From: an uncultured Ferrimicrobium sp.
Lineage (GTDB): Bacteria > Actinomycetota > Acidimicrobiia > Acidimicrobiales > RAAP-2
DNA length: 64,000 nt
NCBI GenBank assembly: GCA_964449735.1
Contig: CAYUZO010000005.1
Coordinates: 6,071-70,070 of the forward strand
Direction of reading: 5' to 3'
Each line of letters begins with the position of its first letter. Position 1 is the stretch's first letter. Both the position numbers and the translations under genes were made by a program. Positions 1-9,536 of the stretch are shown here, piece by piece. The notes under the pieces were generated by a model. It searched no databases, was not told where the DNA came from, and worked only from the letters and a program-made list of their open reading frames with translations.

Positions 1-338
1 AAGAAGTCCTCGACGAAGCCGAGCCAGGCCTGGGTGCCGATGAGCGGGATGTGGAAATCACGGTTGAAGAGCGCGCCGTAGGCCTCGAGGATGGTCGCCA
101 GCAGGATGGTGAAGCCCCACATCGTGAAGAAGTGGGCGACGCCCGGCACCGTCCAGCGCAGCAGCTTGCGCTGGCCCGCCACCTCGACGAGTTCGGCCTC
201 GGTGGAGCGAGCGGTCCAGCGCCTTCCTGGGGCCTCCTGGCCGGAGCGGATGAGTCGCGAGAGCCACCAGAAGCGCCGTCCCGCGATGGCGAAGCAGACC
301 AGGCTCACGGCGAGGCCGATGATGATGCGTGCGAGCAC
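1..338 (-). CDS. N-terminal part of a membrane-anchored Fe-S oxidoreductase-like protein (runs off the window start)
   Basis: The minus-strand frame starts at GTG 338..336 and reads VLARIIIGLAVSLVCFAIAGRRFWWLSRLIRSG...FFTMWGFTILLATILEAYGALFNRDFHIPLIGTQAWLGFVEDF to the window edge. Two TM-like segments are present. It resembles N-termini of actinobacterial heterodisulfide-reductase-like Fe-S proteins from memory only. It is absent from the ORF track because it is truncated. Confidence 0.5.
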   Translation of the reverse strand, partial: MLARIIIGLAVSLVCFAIAGRRFWWLSRLIRSGQEAPGRRWTARSTEAELVEVAGQRKLLRWTVPGVAHFFTMWGFTILLATILEAYGALFNRDFHIPLIGTQAWLGFVEDF

Positions 339-351
339 TCCTGCCTCCTGG

Positions 352-921
352 CTAGGACCTCTTGAAGTTCTCCGAGTAGCGACTAGGGGTGGGGCCGCGC
401 TGACCGCGGTACTTGCTGCCCAGTCCGGCGGCCCCGTAGGGGCGGTCGGCCGGCGTGGTCATCTCGAAGAAGCTGATCTGGCCGATCTTCATCCCCGGGT
501 AGAGGGTGATGGGCAGGTTGGCCACGTTGGAGAGCTCGAGGGTCAGGTGTCCGTCCCACCCGGCGTCGACGAAGCCGGCCGTCGAGTGGATCAGCAGGCC
601 GAGCCGGCCGAGCGAGCTCTTGCCCTCGAGCCGGGCCACCAGGTCATCGGGCAGGGCCACGCGCTCAATGGTGGATCCGAGCAGGAACTCCCCGGGGTGC
701 AGGATCATCGGGTCGCGGGGTCCCACGTCGATCAGCTCGGTGAGGTCCTCTTGGGCCTCGCGCACGTCGATCACCCGCTGGGAGTGGTTGCGAAAGACCC
801 GGAAGAGCTGGTCGATGTGCAGGTCCACCGAGGAGGGCTGGATGCAGTCTTCGCCCAAGGGGTCGATGACGATGCGCCCCGCCTCCAGGGCCTCTTTGAT
901 CGAGCGGTCCGAGAGCACCAT
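352..921 (-). CDS. dcd: dCTP deaminase
   Basis: The 189-aa ORF has the typical length and the motif block [51 protein letters not shown] of the Dcd/dUTPase fold. Confidence 0.93.
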   Translation of the reverse strand: MVLSDRSIKEALEAGRIVIDPLGEDCIQPSSVDLHIDQLFRVFRNHSQRVIDVREAQEDLTELIDVGPRDPMILHPGEFLLGSTIERVALPDDLVARLEGKSSLGRLGLLIHSTAGFVDAGWDGHLTLELSNVANLPITLYPGMKIGQISFFEMTTPADRPYGAAGLGSKYRGQRGPTPSRYSENFKRS

Positions 922-973
922 GTCGCAGCCACCCTACTCGCGGGTCCGCGCCCGGTCCGGACCTCGCCTGCGC

Positions 974-1876
974 TCAGCGGGGGGCGGAGAAGCCCCCGAC
1001 GCCCTCGTCGAACTGGACGTAGTCGGAGTAGCCGAGCAGCTCGTAGAGCTCGGCGCGGGTCTGCATGTCGCTCACCACCGAGGCCATCGAGCCCTCGGCG
1101 GCCAACGTGGCGAGGCCCCGGGCGACCGCCCCCATCGCCAGGCGCATCATCGACACCGGGAAGATCACCATGTCGACCCCCAGCGCGTCCAGGCGCGCGG
1201 CGTCCCACAGCGGCCCCTTGCCGAACTCGGTCGCGTTGATGAGCAGCGGCGCCTCGACGGCGGCCCGGAAGGCCTCCACCTCCCCTTCGTCCTCCAGGGC
1301 CTCGGCGAAGATCGCGTCGGCTCCCGCCTCGAGGTAGGCCCGGGCGCGGGCCAGGGCTCCCTCGAGGCCCTCGACGGCCCGGGCGTCGGTGCGCGCGACG
1401 ATCAGGGTGGCCGGGTCCTGACGGGCCGCCACCGCCGCGCGCAGGCGCGCGACGGCGAGCTCTTCGGTGACGACCTCCTTGCCGTCGAGATGGCCGCATC
1501 GCTTGGGGTTGACCTGGTCCTCGAGGTGGAGGGCGGCGGCCCCGGCCTCCTCGAGGGCCACGACCGTGCGCGCCACGTTGAGCGGCTCGCCGAAGCCGGT
1601 GTCGGCGTCGACGAGCAGGGGCAGGGTGCAGGCCCGCGAGACCTGGGCGGTGCGCTGGGCGACCTCGCTGAGCGTCGTGAGTCCCACGTCGGGCAGCCCG
1701 AGCTCGGCGGCCATCACGGCTCCCGAGAGATAGGCCGCCTCGAAGCCCGCCGCCTCGATCGCCCGCGCCCCGAGCGGCGTGAAGGCGCCCGGCAGCACGA
1801 GAATGCGCTCCTCGGAGAGTCGCTGGCGCAGGGCGGCGCGCCGCTCGCTCGCCGGAGGGCCCTGTCCGAGGATCAC
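974..1876 (-). CDS. prpB: methylisocitrate lyase (PEP mutase/isocitrate lyase superfamily)
   Basis: Motifs [12 protein letters not shown] and [15 protein letters not shown] are present. The GTG start at 1876 overlaps the prpD stop as GTGA. The longer ORF-track version (to 2230) runs into prpD with an Arg-rich extension, so I trimmed it. Confidence 0.85.
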   Translation of the reverse strand: MILGQGPPASERRAALRQRLSEERILVLPGAFTPLGARAIEAAGFEAAYLSGAVMAAELGLPDVGLTTLSEVAQRTAQVSRACTLPLLVDADTGFGEPLNVARTVVALEEAGAAALHLEDQVNPKRCGHLDGKEVVTEELAVARLRAAVAARQDPATLIVARTDARAVEGLEGALARARAYLEAGADAIFAEALEDEGEVEAFRAAVEAPLLINATEFGKGPLWDAARLDALGVDMVIFPVSMMRLAMGAVARGLATLAAEGSMASVVSDMQTRAELYELLGYSDYVQFDEGVGGFSAPR

Positions 1877-3393
1877 AGGACCCCCGTCGTCGGGGTCCGC
1901 GCGTCGAGCAGGCCCGCACGGGCGGTAAAGCCGAGGTCGGCGAGCTCGCCGGCCCTCAGCTCGGTGAGCGAGAGGGCGGCCGCGAGGAAGCGCTCCCGCT
2001 CGGCCGCCTCGACGACGTCGGCGCTGAGCGTCTCGAACTTGGCGACGTACTGCTCGCGCGCGAAGGGCCGCGCCCCGCCGGGGTGGGCGTCGGGCAGAGC
2101 GATCTCGGCCTCGATCACCCGCCCGTCGCTGAGGTGGGCCTCGAGGCGCCCGCCGAAGGCCTTGTCCGGCCCGTTCGACAGGTAGCGCCGCGACCACTCC
2201 GGGTCTTCGGTCGTGGTCACCTTGCGCCACAGCGCCACGGTGTCGGGCCGAGTGGCGCGCTCGGGGAGGTAGGAGGTCTCGTGGTGCCAGACCCCGTCCT
2301 GGAGCGCCACCGCCAGGATGTAGGGCAGGGAGTGGTCGAGGGTCTCACGGGTGGAGCTCGGGTCGTACTTCTCGGGGTCCCCCGATCCCGAGCCGATCAC
2401 CTGGTGGGTGTGGTGCGAGGTGTGCACCAGGATCGAGCGCACCGCCAAGGGATCGGCCAGCTCGGGGTGGCTCTCGCGAAGGCGACGCGCCAGGTCGATC
2501 CAGGCCTGGGCCTGGTACTCGGCGGAGTGCTCCTTGGTGAAGGAGTCGAGGATCGCCCGCGGGGGCTCTCCCGGCTCGGGCAGGCTCACCTCGTAGCTCG
2601 CCTCGGGCCCGTCGAGCAGCCAGGCGATCACCCCGTCCTCGCCCTCGTAGATCGGCTCGGGCGAACTCTGTCCGCGCCAGGCCCGGTCCATCGCCTCGAG
2701 GGCCGCCTTGGCGGCGAAGGCCGGCGCGTAGGCCTTCCAGGTGGAGATCTGCCCCTTGCGGGACTGGCGGGTCGCGGTCGTCACGTGCAGCGCCTGGCCG
2801 ATCGCCTGGAAGGTCACCTCCGGCTCGGCGCGCAGCAGCGCCCCAAGGCCCGCGGCGACCGCCACCGACAGGTGGGCGACGTGGTCGATGCGATGGGCGT
2901 GCAGGCTGATCGCGCGGCACAGGTCGATCTGGACCTCGTAGGCCACGGCGATGGCCCGGGCCAGATCGGCCCCGGAGACCTCGGTGACCGTGGCGCACTG
3001 GGCGAGGGCCAGCAACGGTGTGATCGTGTCGCCCGGATGCGCGTACTCCTGGGCGAGGAAGGTGTCGTGGAAGTCGAGCTCGCGCACGGCCACCGCGTTG
3101 GCCCAGGCCGCCCACTCGGGCGCCACCGTCGCCTCGCGGGCGAGCCCCCACACGGTGGCCCCGGGCCGACGCGGTCGCGCGGTCGCTTGATCGCGCGCCG
3201 CGCCGACCGGGGCGCGGGTCAGCGAAGCTGCGGCGACGGCGGCGTCGTCGACGACCCGATTGGCCACCATCTCGCAGACCTCGCGGTCGGGCTGGGGCGC
3301 GCGATGGGCCAACTCGGCGAGCCACCAGGCGAGCTGCTCCTCGCGCGCCATCGGCTCGCCGGCACGCCGGGGCCGCACCTCGCGGGTGATCAC
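1873..3393 (-). CDS. prpD: 2-methylcitrate dehydratase (MmgE/PrpD family)
   Basis: The 506-aa ORF has PrpD-type blocks ([38 protein letters not shown]). The GTG start overlaps the IclR stop as GTGA. A start at Met15 is also possible. Confidence 0.85.
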   Translation of the reverse strand: MITREVRPRRAGEPMAREEQLAWWLAELAHRAPQPDREVCEMVANRVVDDAAVAAASLTRAPVGAARDQATARPRRPGATVWGLAREATVAPEWAAWANAVAVRELDFHDTFLAQEYAHPGDTITPLLALAQCATVTEVSGADLARAIAVAYEVQIDLCRAISLHAHRIDHVAHLSVAVAAGLGALLRAEPEVTFQAIGQALHVTTATRQSRKGQISTWKAYAPAFAAKAALEAMDRAWRGQSSPEPIYEGEDGVIAWLLDGPEASYEVSLPEPGEPPRAILDSFTKEHSAEYQAQAWIDLARRLRESHPELADPLAVRSILVHTSHHTHQVIGSGSGDPEKYDPSSTRETLDHSLPYILAVALQDGVWHHETSYLPERATRPDTVALWRKVTTTEDPEWSRRYLSNGPDKAFGGRLEAHLSDGRVIEAEIALPDAHPGGARPFAREQYVAKFETLSADVVEAAERERFLAAALSLTELRAGELADLGFTARAGLLDARTPTTGVL

Positions 3394-4199
3394 GGGATGC
3401 GCCGGGTGATGGCCGCGCTGGCGCGCCGCAGCTCGGTGACCAGGGCGTCGACGTCGAGCGGGATGTCCTCGATGAAGCCCGAGAGCTGGATCGAGGCGAT
3501 GACCTGGCCGGCGCGGTCGTGCACCGGGACGGCCACCGACACGCTGCCGCCCTCGCCCTGCCCCTGGCCGAAGGCGTAGCCGCGCTCGCGGATCGCCCCC
3601 AGACTCTCGACGAACTCCTGGCGGTCCATGAAGCGGCCGTTGGCGAGCGGCACCCGCTCGATGCCGTCGAGCAGGCGGTCGAGGTCCTCGGGCTCGAGGG
3701 CGGCCGCCAGCACGCGGGCGCCACCGAGGTAGAGCGGGACCTGCTCGCCGACCTCGGCCTGGTAGCGAGGGGGCGGCGTCGAGAGGATGCGCAGCAGGCG
3801 CACCTGGGTGAGGTCGTAGCGGACGTTGAGCATCGAGGTGAGCTTGGTGACGTCGGTGAGCCCGAGCAGGATCGGCTCGGCGATCTGGGTCAGGCTGTTG
3901 GTGAGCAGGTAGGTGTGCCCGCTGATCAGGTTGACCAGCCCGAGGCGGTACTCCACCCCCTCGCGCTCGACGTAGCCGTGGCGCACGAGGAGGTTCACCA
4001 GTCTCTGGGTGGTCGCCAGGTGCAGGCCGGTGGCCTGGGCGATCTCGGTCAGGCGCATCGGCGCGCGGTTCTCGCGCAGGGCCAACAGGACCATGAAGGG
4101 GCGGTCGAGCGACCGTACCGCGCTCGTCGACTCCTGGTCCTCCTCGCCGGGCCCGCCGTCGTGGGGGGCCGAGGACTCGGAGGTCGTCACGCGACTCAC
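3390..4199 (-). CDS. IclR-family transcriptional regulator
   Basis: The 269-aa ORF has an N-terminal winged HTH ([30 protein letters not shown]) and a C-terminal IclR effector domain. Both ends overlap the neighbouring genes by 4 nt. Confidence 0.85.
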   Translation of the reverse strand: MSRVTTSESSAPHDGGPGEEDQESTSAVRSLDRPFMVLLALRENRAPMRLTEIAQATGLHLATTQRLVNLLVRHGYVEREGVEYRLGLVNLISGHTYLLTNSLTQIAEPILLGLTDVTKLTSMLNVRYDLTQVRLLRILSTPPPRYQAEVGEQVPLYLGGARVLAAALEPEDLDRLLDGIERVPLANGRFMDRQEFVESLGAIRERGYAFGQGQGEGGSVSVAVPVHDRAGQVIASIQLSGFIEDIPLDVDALVTELRRASAAITRRIP

Positions 4200-5353
4200 G
4201 CCTGCCTCACGGGTGCGACCCTACCCCGGCCGTCGGTAGACGACTCCGCCTCGAGGGCGTCGCGCGCCGGTGAGCTGATCGGCTCGCGCCACGGCGAGCG
4301 GGCCCCCTCGTGCACCGAGGGGCCGAGACGGAAGTGCTGGGCCTCCTGCTCGGTCTCGATGAAGGGCAGGTCCATCGGGAAGAGCCGCGCACCGCGCGGG
4401 CGCGGGCCGGCCTTCGAGACGTGGCCGTAGAGAGCGTGGCCCACGACCTGCTCGGCCAGGTGGGCCGCTTCGATCAACCGGTCGAGGTCGACGCCGGTCG
4501 CGATCCCGATTTCCTCGAGGAGGTCGACCAGGTCCTCGGTGGGGATCATGCGGGTCATGCGGCCGTGGCCCCCGTAGGGGCAGCCCCCCATGCCGCCGAT
4601 CGAGGAGTCGAGGACCAGGGTGCAGTCCTCGTCGAGCGCCTCCAGAGCGGCGTAGGCCGAGGTGAGGGCCGAGCCGCGCGCGTCGTGCAGGTGCAGGTGG
4701 AAGCGCGTGATCGCCGGCCAGCGCTCGCGGATCGCGCGCAGCTGCTCGGCGACGACCGGCGGGAGGTTCCAGCCCATGGGATCCCCGATCCAGACCCGGT
4801 CGACCTCGATCCCCGCCTCGCTCCAGAGCCGGTGCTGGCGCTCGAGCAGGTCCATGCGCTGGTCGAAAGTGAAGGGGCCCAGCCAGTTGGATCCCCACGC
4901 CGCGTTGATCGCGATGCCCGCTCTGGTCGCGCCCGCGGCCCGGGCCCGCTCGATGACCGGCGTCCAGGCCGCGACCTCCTCGGCCTGGGAGCGGTTGGTG
5001 TTGCGCCGCACGAAAACGTCGCACAGGTGAGCCAGGGTCTGGGGCACCTCGTCGGGGGGGCTCAGCGGCGGCACGTGGGCGCGCATCCGCTCACGGCCCC
5101 GCTCGTTCAGCGCCAACGCGGTGAGGGTGACACCCTCCACGGGTGACAGGCGCGACACCACCTCGTCGACCTGGGCCATCTGGGGGGTCCAGGTGGGGTT
5201 GACGAAGGATCCGACGACAATCGTGCGCAGTCCCGTCGCGGCCAGCGCCTCGATGAGGGCGACTCTCGCCTCGACCGGGATGTCGGCGCTCTCGATCTGG
5301 AGGCCCTCGCGGGGTCCCTCCTCGACGATCTCGACGGCCGGCCAGCGCCTCAC
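4196..5353 (-). CDS. hydroxymethylglutaryl-CoA lyase-like (HMGL/pyruvate carboxyltransferase fold) with an ~80-aa C-terminal extension
   Basis: The N-terminus [15 protein letters not shown]...[15 protein letters not shown] matches the HMG-CoA lyase signature. [10 protein letters not shown] metal-site block is present. Confidence 0.8.
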   Translation of the reverse strand: MRRWPAVEIVEEGPREGLQIESADIPVEARVALIEALAATGLRTIVVGSFVNPTWTPQMAQVDEVVSRLSPVEGVTLTALALNERGRERMRAHVPPLSPPDEVPQTLAHLCDVFVRRNTNRSQAEEVAAWTPVIERARAAGATRAGIAINAAWGSNWLGPFTFDQRMDLLERQHRLWSEAGIEVDRVWIGDPMGWNLPPVVAEQLRAIRERWPAITRFHLHLHDARGSALTSAYAALEALDEDCTLVLDSSIGGMGGCPYGGHGRMTRMIPTEDLVDLLEEIGIATGVDLDRLIEAAHLAEQVVGHALYGHVSKAGPRPRGARLFPMDLPFIETEQEAQHFRLGPSVHEGARSPWREPISSPARDALEAESSTDGRGRVAPVRQA

Positions 5354-6549
5354 GAGGGGGTCTCCTCGAACCGGGAGAGCTGATCGGCACTGAGGCCCAC
5401 CTCGCTAAGGACCTCGAGCGTGTGCTCGCCGAGGCGGGCCGGTGGTCGCGACGGGCCGAGGGCCTCACCGTCCACGTGCACCCCCGAGCCGAGCACGGCG
5501 ACCTCGTGACGCCCCTCGATCGCGAGGGGGACCTCGTGGATGAGCTCGCGCTCCTTGATCTGCTCCTGGGTGAGAGCCTCTTCGAGGGAGAGGACCCGGC
5601 CCGTGGGCACGCCGGCCTCGGCGAGCAGGATCTCCCAATCGGCGGCGGGCCGGCTGAGCAAGGCGGACTCCAGCTCGCCGGTCAGCTCACGCCGGTGGCG
5701 CTTGCGCAGATCACGGGTGAGGAACCGGTGGTCGCCGATCAGGTCCTCGCGCCCGCAGACCATGCAGACCGCCTCGAACTGGGCCTGAGTGTTGGCGGCG
5801 ATGTTGAGGAGCCCCTCGCCGGTGTGGAAGGTGCCCGAGGGGGAGGAGGCCGCGTTGTCGTTTCCCCGGCGCTGCCCGGGCCGTCCGGAGATCAGGTACT
5901 CCGAGGTGACCCAGCCCATCGCGGTGATCGCGGTCTCGAGCATCGACACGTCGAGGTGGGCTCCCACGCCCTCGCGGTCGCGGCGCACCAGCGCGGCGCA
6001 CACGGCCATCGCGGCGGCCATGCCCCCGAGGGTGTCGCAGATGGGAAAGCCCACGCGCAGCGGGTCGTCCGAGGGCCAGCCGGTGACGTCGCACATCCCC
6101 GACATCCCCTGGATGATCTGGTCATAGGCGGGTCGCTGAGCCAGCGGGCCGGTCTGGCCGAAGCCCGAGACCGCGCAGTAGATGAGCCGGGGGTTGACTT
6201 CGCGCAGGCGGCTCCAGCCCACGCCGAGTCGCTCGAGGACCCCGGGACGCATGTTCTCCACCACCACGTCGGCGCTGGCGACGAGCCGCTCGAAGGCCTC
6301 ACGTCCGACCTCGCTCTTGAGGTCGATGGCCACCGAGCGCTTGGCCGCGTTCTGGGCGAGGAAGGAGGCGCCCATCGCGTGCTCGGCGAGGAAGGCCTCG
6401 TCGCCCATCTCGCGGGCCAGGTCGCCGCCGCCGGGCATCTCGACCTTGATGACGTCGGCGCCGAAGAGGGCGAGCTGGTAGGAGCCGAAGGGCCCCGCCA
6501 GCACCGTCGTCACGTCGACGACGCGCACCCCCTCGAGCAGTCCTGACAC
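5350..6549 (-). CDS. family III CoA-transferase (CaiB/BaiF)
   Basis: The N-terminal signature LEGVRVVDVTTVLAGPFGSYQLALFGADVIKVE is present in a 399-aa ORF. Confidence 0.88.
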   Translation of the reverse strand: MSGLLEGVRVVDVTTVLAGPFGSYQLALFGADVIKVEMPGGGDLAREMGDEAFLAEHAMGASFLAQNAAKRSVAIDLKSEVGREAFERLVASADVVVENMRPGVLERLGVGWSRLREVNPRLIYCAVSGFGQTGPLAQRPAYDQIIQGMSGMCDVTGWPSDDPLRVGFPICDTLGGMAAAMAVCAALVRRDREGVGAHLDVSMLETAITAMGWVTSEYLISGRPGQRRGNDNAASSPSGTFHTGEGLLNIAANTQAQFEAVCMVCGREDLIGDHRFLTRDLRKRHRRELTGELESALLSRPAADWEILLAEAGVPTGRVLSLEEALTQEQIKERELIHEVPLAIEGRHEVAVLGSGVHVDGEALGPSRPPARLGEHTLEVLSEVGLSADQLSRFEETPS

Positions 6550-6620
6550 GTTGCCTTCCTCACTGGTCCCTCCCGACCCAACCGTGCACTGCCGTTCGCC
6601 CGAGGGCGGCTGCCCGAAGG

Positions 6621-6675
6621 GCTCCCGTCACGGCGGGCGACTCGGGAGAGAGGCGCCGCCCGCCGTGACGGGAGC
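6621..6675 (-). terminator. 19-bp perfect GC-rich hairpin just downstream of the ABC substrate-binding gene (terminator or attenuator)
   Basis: Arms gctcccgtcacggcgggcg (6621..6639) and cgcccgccgtgacgggagc (6657..6675) are exact reverse complements with a 17-nt loop. The hairpin lies 16 nt after the stop at 6691 and has no U-tract. Confidence 0.5.
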
Positions 6676-6690
6676 TGGGGGCAGGGACGA

Positions 6691-7980
6691 CTACTTCTCC
6701 TTGGCCACCACCGAGGCGAGCTGGGCCGGCGAGACCGTGCCGCGCAGCACGTTGTTGAGGCTGGAGTCGAAGCCGATCATCTGGAAGCCCGAGAAGACGT
6801 TGTGGAACTGGTTGAAGTCGTCGTTCCCGGCGGCTCCCTCGTAGTTGATCTTCTTGTGCTTCTTCAACAGGGCCAAGCAGGAGGCGTAGGTGCCGCACTT
6901 GGTCCCCGGCGGGTTGGACACCTTGATGACGTCCTTGGTCCAGATCTTCGGGTTCGTCGAGCCGGCGTAGTTCATGGCCAGCGCGGCGATGACGATCGAG
7001 TCGTACTCGTTGAAGGTCGTGGGCAGGATCGTCGTCGTTCGCCACACCTGCTGGTAGTCAGCCAGGAAGTGGTTGTAGGCGTTGTCCGCAGTGGAGGGCG
7101 AGGCCGGCAGGGCCGCGGTCAGCTCGGTCGCCGCCGTCGGGCCGAAGGCCTTGGCGTAGGCGCCCTGAGGAGCGGACTGCAGGTCGTCACCGATCCACGG
7201 GATGTTCATGTAGCCCAGCTGCTGACCGTCCGAGAAGAGGGTCGCCGCGGTCTGGGCGTCCATCGAGTCGAAGATCACCTGCGGGCTCCCGGCGAAGGCC
7301 TGCGTCAGCTCGGTGCTGTACGAGGACTGACCGGGGGTCAGCACGATGTTCTGCTGCACGGTGCCTCCCAGCGCCTTGTAGGCCGCCTCGAGGGGAGCCA
7401 CGAAGCCCTGGGAGTTGTTCGAGTTGTCGAACATCAGCGACGCCGTCTTCCAGCCGTGGGAGATCGCGTAGTAGGCCATGGCGATCGCCTCGTTGGAGTC
7501 CGACGACGAGGTGCGGAACACGTAGGGGTACTTCATGTTGTCGAGGGTCGTCAGACCACCGACCATGAAGTCCGCCACGTTGTTGGGCTTGAACTGGTTG
7601 ATCACCGCCTCGATGGTCGGCGAGAACGGCCCCACCACCATCGTCGGCTTGCTCAGCATCAGCTTGCGGAACGCGGGCAGCGCGTCGACCGAGTCGGCCG
7701 CGTCGTCCACGTACACGCTCTTCAGCTGGTGTCCCAGGACCCCACCGTTGTGGTTCACCTCATAGAGGCCCACCGCCACGCCATGGGTGCCCCACTGCGA
7801 GAGCAGGGACTTCGAACCGGTGAAGGGGAACATGCCCCCGATCACCAGAGGCTTCAGCTTGGACGCGGCCACCGCCGGCCCCGAGCCCACACCGAAGCTC
7901 ACCACCGACGCCAGCGTCGCCAGGGCCACCGCCACGGTGGTGCCCCGACGGCGCGCCGCCGACCTTGCTTGCCATCTCAT
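6691..7980 (-). CDS. ABC transporter substrate-binding protein, Leu/Ile/Val-binding (PBP type 1, HAAT) family
   Basis: A signal-like N-terminus (RRRGTTVAVALATLASVVSFGVG) is followed by a PBP1 fold pattern. I chose the ATG at 7980 because GAGGGGGA lies ~9 nt upstream. The ORF-track start is 8022. Confidence 0.85.
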   Translation of the reverse strand: MRWQARSAARRRGTTVAVALATLASVVSFGVGSGPAVAASKLKPLVIGGMFPFTGSKSLLSQWGTHGVAVGLYEVNHNGGVLGHQLKSVYVDDAADSVDALPAFRKLMLSKPTMVVGPFSPTIEAVINQFKPNNVADFMVGGLTTLDNMKYPYVFRTSSSDSNEAIAMAYYAISHGWKTASLMFDNSNNSQGFVAPLEAAYKALGGTVQQNIVLTPGQSSYSTELTQAFAGSPQVIFDSMDAQTAATLFSDGQQLGYMNIPWIGDDLQSAPQGAYAKAFGPTAATELTAALPASPSTADNAYNHFLADYQQVWRTTTILPTTFNEYDSIVIAALAMNYAGSTNPKIWTKDVIKVSNPPGTKCGTYASCLALLKKHKKINYEGAAGNDDFNQFHNVFSGFQMIGFDSSLNNVLRGTVSPAQLASVVAKEK

Positions 7981-8044
7981 CAGGTACATCCCCCTCTGTT
8001 GTCTTTCTTGCTTCGTGCGCACGGGCGTCTCCCGCCGCTACGAC

Positions 8045-8758
8045 CTAGTGGGTCTCGGCCCGGCCGAGGAAGATCGCGGCCAGGTCCAGTGACGCGATCT
8101 CGGAGGCCGGCCCGTGGACGTGGTTGGAGCCGGCCACGAAGATGTGGACGAAGTCGGCGTGCTTGAGCGCCCGCTCGACGTTCTGCTCGACGACGAGCAC
8201 CGCGGTGTCGCCCGAGCGGATCTGTTCGATCTGGTTCCACACGACATCGGTGTAGGCGGGCGACAGGCCCGCGGTGGGCTCGTCGAGCACGATCACCTTG
8301 GGCTTGACCATGAGGGCGCGGGCGATGGCGAGCAGGTTCTGCTGGCCGCCCGACAGGTTGCCGGCCCGCTTCTCGCGGGCCTTGCCGAGGTCGGTGAAGA
8401 TCGAGAGGATCTCCTCCATGCGCTCCGTGGTGTCCCCGCTGGCGGCGAAACCTCCGACCTCGAGGTTCTCTCTCACGGTGAGGCTCTTGAAGACGTTGTC
8501 GTTCTGGGGCACGTAGACGAGCCCGTTGCGCGGGATGAGGTGGCCCGGCATGCGCGTGATGTCGAGATCCCCGATGGCGATCCGGCCGGCGCTCGGCCGC
8601 AGGATGCCCACCAGCGTCTTGGCGAAGGTGGACTTGCCCGCGCCGTTGGGCCCGATGATCGTGGTGATGGTGCCGACGTCGGCACTCAGCGAGATGCCGT
8701 GGATGATGGGCGTGCGCCCGTAGCCGGCGGTGACGTCCTCAGCGACGAGTGTCGGCAT
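8045..8758 (-). CDS. ABC transporter ATP-binding protein (LivF-like)
   Basis: Walker A GPNGAGKST, signature LSGGQQ and Walker B VIVLDEP are present in a 237-aa ORF. Confidence 0.92.
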   Translation of the reverse strand: MPTLVAEDVTAGYGRTPIIHGISLSADVGTITTIIGPNGAGKSTFAKTLVGILRPSAGRIAIGDLDITRMPGHLIPRNGLVYVPQNDNVFKSLTVRENLEVGGFAASGDTTERMEEILSIFTDLGKAREKRAGNLSGGQQNLLAIARALMVKPKVIVLDEPTAGLSPAYTDVVWNQIEQIRSGDTAVLVVEQNVERALKHADFVHIFVAGSNHVHGPASEIASLDLAAIFLGRAETH

Positions 8759-9536
8759 TGATCACCTCTCCCAGATAGGCCGTGACGACTTCGGGGTTGG
8801 CCCGCAGGTCGCTCAACTTGCCGGTGGCCAGAGTGCGGCCCTCGGCGAGAACGATGACGTGGTCGCAGATCTGCTCCACCACGTTGAGGTTGTGCTCGAC
8901 CATCAAGATGGTGACCCCCTGGCGCTTGAGGTCGAGGATGTAGCCCCCGATGCGCTCGATGAGGGCCGGGTTCACACCGGCCATCGGCTCGTCGAGCAGG
9001 AGGATCTTCGGCTCGGCCATGACGGCCCGGGAGATCTCGAGCAGTTTCTTCTGGCCTCCTGAGAGCTCCCGTGCGCGGTTGTCGCGCAGCTTGTAGAGGC
9101 CGTAGGTTCGCAGCACCTCGAGGGCCCGCTCGACGTGGGCGCGCTCCTGTCGCTTCACGAGGCCCGGGCGGAAGAAGATGTTGAGCAGGGACTCGCCGGG
9201 CTGGACCTTCGGGGCGACCAGCAGGTTCTCGAGCACGGTGAGCCCGCCGAGCTCGCGCGAGAGCTGGAAGGTGCGCATCAGGCCCATGCGGGCGATGCGG
9301 TGGCTCGGCCAGTTGGTCACCTCGGTGGCGCCGATGTGCTCGGTACCCGCGTCGCTCTTCATGGAGCCGGACAGGATGTTGACGACTGTCGTCTTGCCCG
9401 CGCCGTTCGGGCCAATCAGGGCCGTGATCTGGCCCTCGGGCACCTCGAAGGTGGCCCCGTTGACCGCGGTCACCCCCTGGAAGGCTTTGGTGACGCCCTC
9501 GCAGCGCAGGGCCGCGGTCGTGGTCGAGTCGCTCAT
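8739..9536 (-). CDS. ABC transporter ATP-binding protein (LivG-like)
   Basis: Walker A GPNGAGKTT, signature LSGGQKK and Walker B ILLLDEP are present in a 265-aa ORF. Confidence 0.92.
   Translation of the reverse strand: MSDSTTTAALRCEGVTKAFQGVTAVNGATFEVPEGQITALIGPNGAGKTTVVNILSGSMKSDAGTEHIGATEVTNWPSHRIARMGLMRTFQLSRELGGLTVLENLLVAPKVQPGESLLNIFFRPGLVKRQERAHVERALEVLRTYGLYKLRDNRARELSGGQKKLLEISRAVMAEPKILLLDEPMAGVNPALIERIGGYILDLKRQGVTILMVEHNLNVVEQICDHVIVLAEGRTLATGKLSDLRANPEVVTAYLGEVINADTRR

Noticed and set aside
922-973. Short hairpin (GGTCCG...CGGACC) between prpB and dcd as a terminator
   Set aside because: It has only a 6-bp stem with a 9-nt loop and alternative imperfect pairings. This is too weak to report as a feature.
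91-2185. Long plus-strand ORFs (91..1239, 506..2185) and the minus-strand ORF 771..1919 over dcd/prpB
   Set aside because: Their translations are low-complexity Arg/Pro/Ala-rich with no recognisable motifs. The opposite or alternative frames encode clear Dcd and PrpB proteins.
2083-3724. ORFs 2083..3579 (+) and 2345..3724 (-) over prpD and the IclR gene
   Set aside because: These are shadow frames of the PrpD and IclR coding sequences, with biased composition and no domain-like motifs.
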